A stretch of DNA of 64,000 bases from an uncultured Bacteroidota bacterium (GTDB lineage Bacteria > Bacteroidota > Bacteroidia > Bacteroidales > SZUA-534): assembly GCA_946404125.1 (NCBI GenBank), contig CAMJCK010000016.1, forward strand, positions 2,040 to 66,039. The letters run 5' to 3'. The notes below the pieces were generated by a model. That model saw nothing but the letters and a program-made list of their open reading frames with translations, had not been told where the DNA came from and made no database searches. How positions within the stretch are numbered: position 1 is the stretch's first letter; each line of letters opens with the position of its first letter. Below are positions 63,129 to 64,000 of the stretch, one piece after another. The translations under genes were made by a program, and so were the position numbers.

Positions 63129-63156
63129 GTAGAGACGTAGCGCGCTACGTCTCTAC
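63129..63156. repeat. perfect 28-bp palindrome GTAGAGACGTAGCG|CGCTACGTCTCTAC overlapping the recX stop codon
   Basis: 14-bp arms. The recX TAG stop (63153-63155, minus strand) lies inside the arm. Same GTAGAGACG arm as 6023-6050. Confidence 0.8.
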
Positions 63157-63626
63157 AAATCAACATCTTCCACATTAAGATTCTTGAACACGAAATCAGG
63201 TTCAAAGCCTTTTTGGATTAGGTAGGCGGCGGTTTTGCGGTTGCGCTCGAAGGGCTTCAGGGCGCGCAGCTGGCGCAGTTTTTTGTCGCGTTCGGCTTCA
63301 AAGGCGCGTTGATAGTCAGATTCGGGCAACTCGTTAAATGCTTCGTTGATAGTTTGTTTGTCGATATGTTTCTGTCGCAGCATCAGCGTGGTTTTCACCC
63401 GCCCCCAATGGTTGAAACGCGTTTTGTCGCGCACGTAGGCGGTGGCAAAGCGCAAGTTATCGACAAAGCGCTCAGCAACGAGCGACTCGATAACTCGCTG
63501 AATATCTGCCGACTGCACGCCCCAATTGCGCATTTTCTGCTCAAGGTCGAAAGTGCAGCATTCGCCTTTTGCGGCTAAAAAGCGGCAGCGGTCAAGGGCT
63601 TCGTCAAAGGTCATTTCACGTTCCAT
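63153..63626 (-). CDS. recX: RecX-family regulatory protein
   Basis: 157 aa of helical repeats. 'RFLAAKGECCTFDLEQKMRNWGV...VIESLVAERFVDNLRFA' is typical of RecX. Confidence 0.8.
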   Translation of the reverse strand: MEREMTFDEALDRCRFLAAKGECCTFDLEQKMRNWGVQSADIQRVIESLVAERFVDNLRFATAYVRDKTRFNHWGRVKTTLMLRQKHIDKQTINEAFNELPESDYQRAFEAERDKKLRQLRALKPFERNRKTAAYLIQKGFEPDFVFKNLNVEDVDL

Positions 63627-64000
63627 ACGGCACTCACCATTCTGTTTTTTTCGTAAAAGTCGCGGTGCAACTCAACATTGTCAAACCGCATATTCTCAAG
63701 CAATTGCACCGTTTCAGCACCAAAACGCTCGTTGATTTCGAAGAACAACATTCCGCCCGATTTGAGCCATTGCTGCGCCAACTCGGCAATGCGGCGGTAG
63801 AACAGCAGCGGGTTGGAATCGGGCACGAAAAGCGCCAAATGCGGCTCAAAATCAAGCACATTGCGGCTCATCTGGCTTTTGTCGGTTTCGGTCACGTAGG
63901 GCGGATTGCTCACCACGACATCAAGGCTCGACGGCGCAAACAACTGATTATCAGCAAGAATATCGGCACAAACAAACTCAACCTGCGCACCGTTCTGCTC
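63611..64000 (-). CDS. prmC: release-factor glutamine N5-methyltransferase (PrmC/HemK), 3' part; continues beyond the window
   Basis: 'DVVVSNPPYV' (NPPY motif). The frame stays open from 63943 to the right window edge. Confidence 0.85.
   Translation of the reverse strand, partial: EQNGAQVEFVCADILADNQLFAPSSLDVVVSNPPYVTETDKSQMSRNVLDFEPHLALFVPDSNPLLFYRRIAELAQQWLKSGGMLFFEINERFGAETVQLLENMRFDNVELHRDFYEKNRMVSAVWNVK

Noticed and set aside
1-64000. Mobile genetic elements, prophage, defence systems, tRNA or rRNA genes.
   Set aside because: No integrase, transposase, recombinase, phage structural, restriction-modification, toxin-antitoxin or Cas-like motifs were recognised in any ORF of at least 60 aa. 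No intergenic region has a tRNA-like cloverleaf or rRNA-like sequence that I could identify by eye. Absence cannot be proven without tRNAscan, Infernal or HMM searches.

Overview
This is a 64-kb chromosomal window from a Bacteroidota genome that looks Bacteroidales-like. The evidence is SusC/SusD pairs, a hybrid two-component system (HTCS), TAnnTTTG promoter boxes and six proteins with type IX secretion (T9SS) C-terminal sorting domains. I call about 38 CDS. I saw no rRNA, tRNA, CRISPR array, transposase or integrase. All family calls come from motifs read in the supplied translations; no searches were run.

Layout:
- 1-6010 (+): housekeeping genes, including a DUF2520-like Rossmann protein, kdsC, a UbiA prenyltransferase, yebC and an M16 peptidase.
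- 6079-8487 (-): a BspA-type leucine-rich-repeat T9SS cargo protein.
- 8592-14804 (-): housekeeping genes, including rnhB, an outer-membrane barrel, a lipoprotein, maf, a double ABC ATPase and ung.
- 14895-30364 (-): the HTCS followed by SusC-SusD-SusC-SusD-lipoprotein. This resembles the xylan 'Xus' core cluster, but no glycoside hydrolase is present.
- 30714-38940 (+): a divergent second locus with SusC-SusD, a T9SS-tailed putative binding protein and an alpha/beta-hydrolase esterase. A 144-bp tandem repeat array sits in front of the esterase.
- 39142-41352 (+): NfeD and a CPBP protease.
- 41341-52348 (-): the most unusual locus. Three tandem paralogues with the architecture lamin-tail domain, CotH-like kinase core, lamin-tail domain, T9SS tail, preceded by a secreted START-like protein.
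- 52527-58228 (+): a tight PASTA, T9SS protein, rluD, U32 (RlhA-like) operon.
- 58317-64000: a TPR-SpoIIE/PP2C phosphatase, DPP-IV, recX and prmC (partial).

Non-coding signals:
- Short tandem repeats lie directly 3' of stop codons. Their 7- or 8-nt period places stop codons in all three frames, always in the sense orientation of the upstream gene.
- A GCGAGCTGAAGCTCGC palindrome family brackets the esterase gene.
- GTAGAGACG palindromic hairpins occur at two gene ends.
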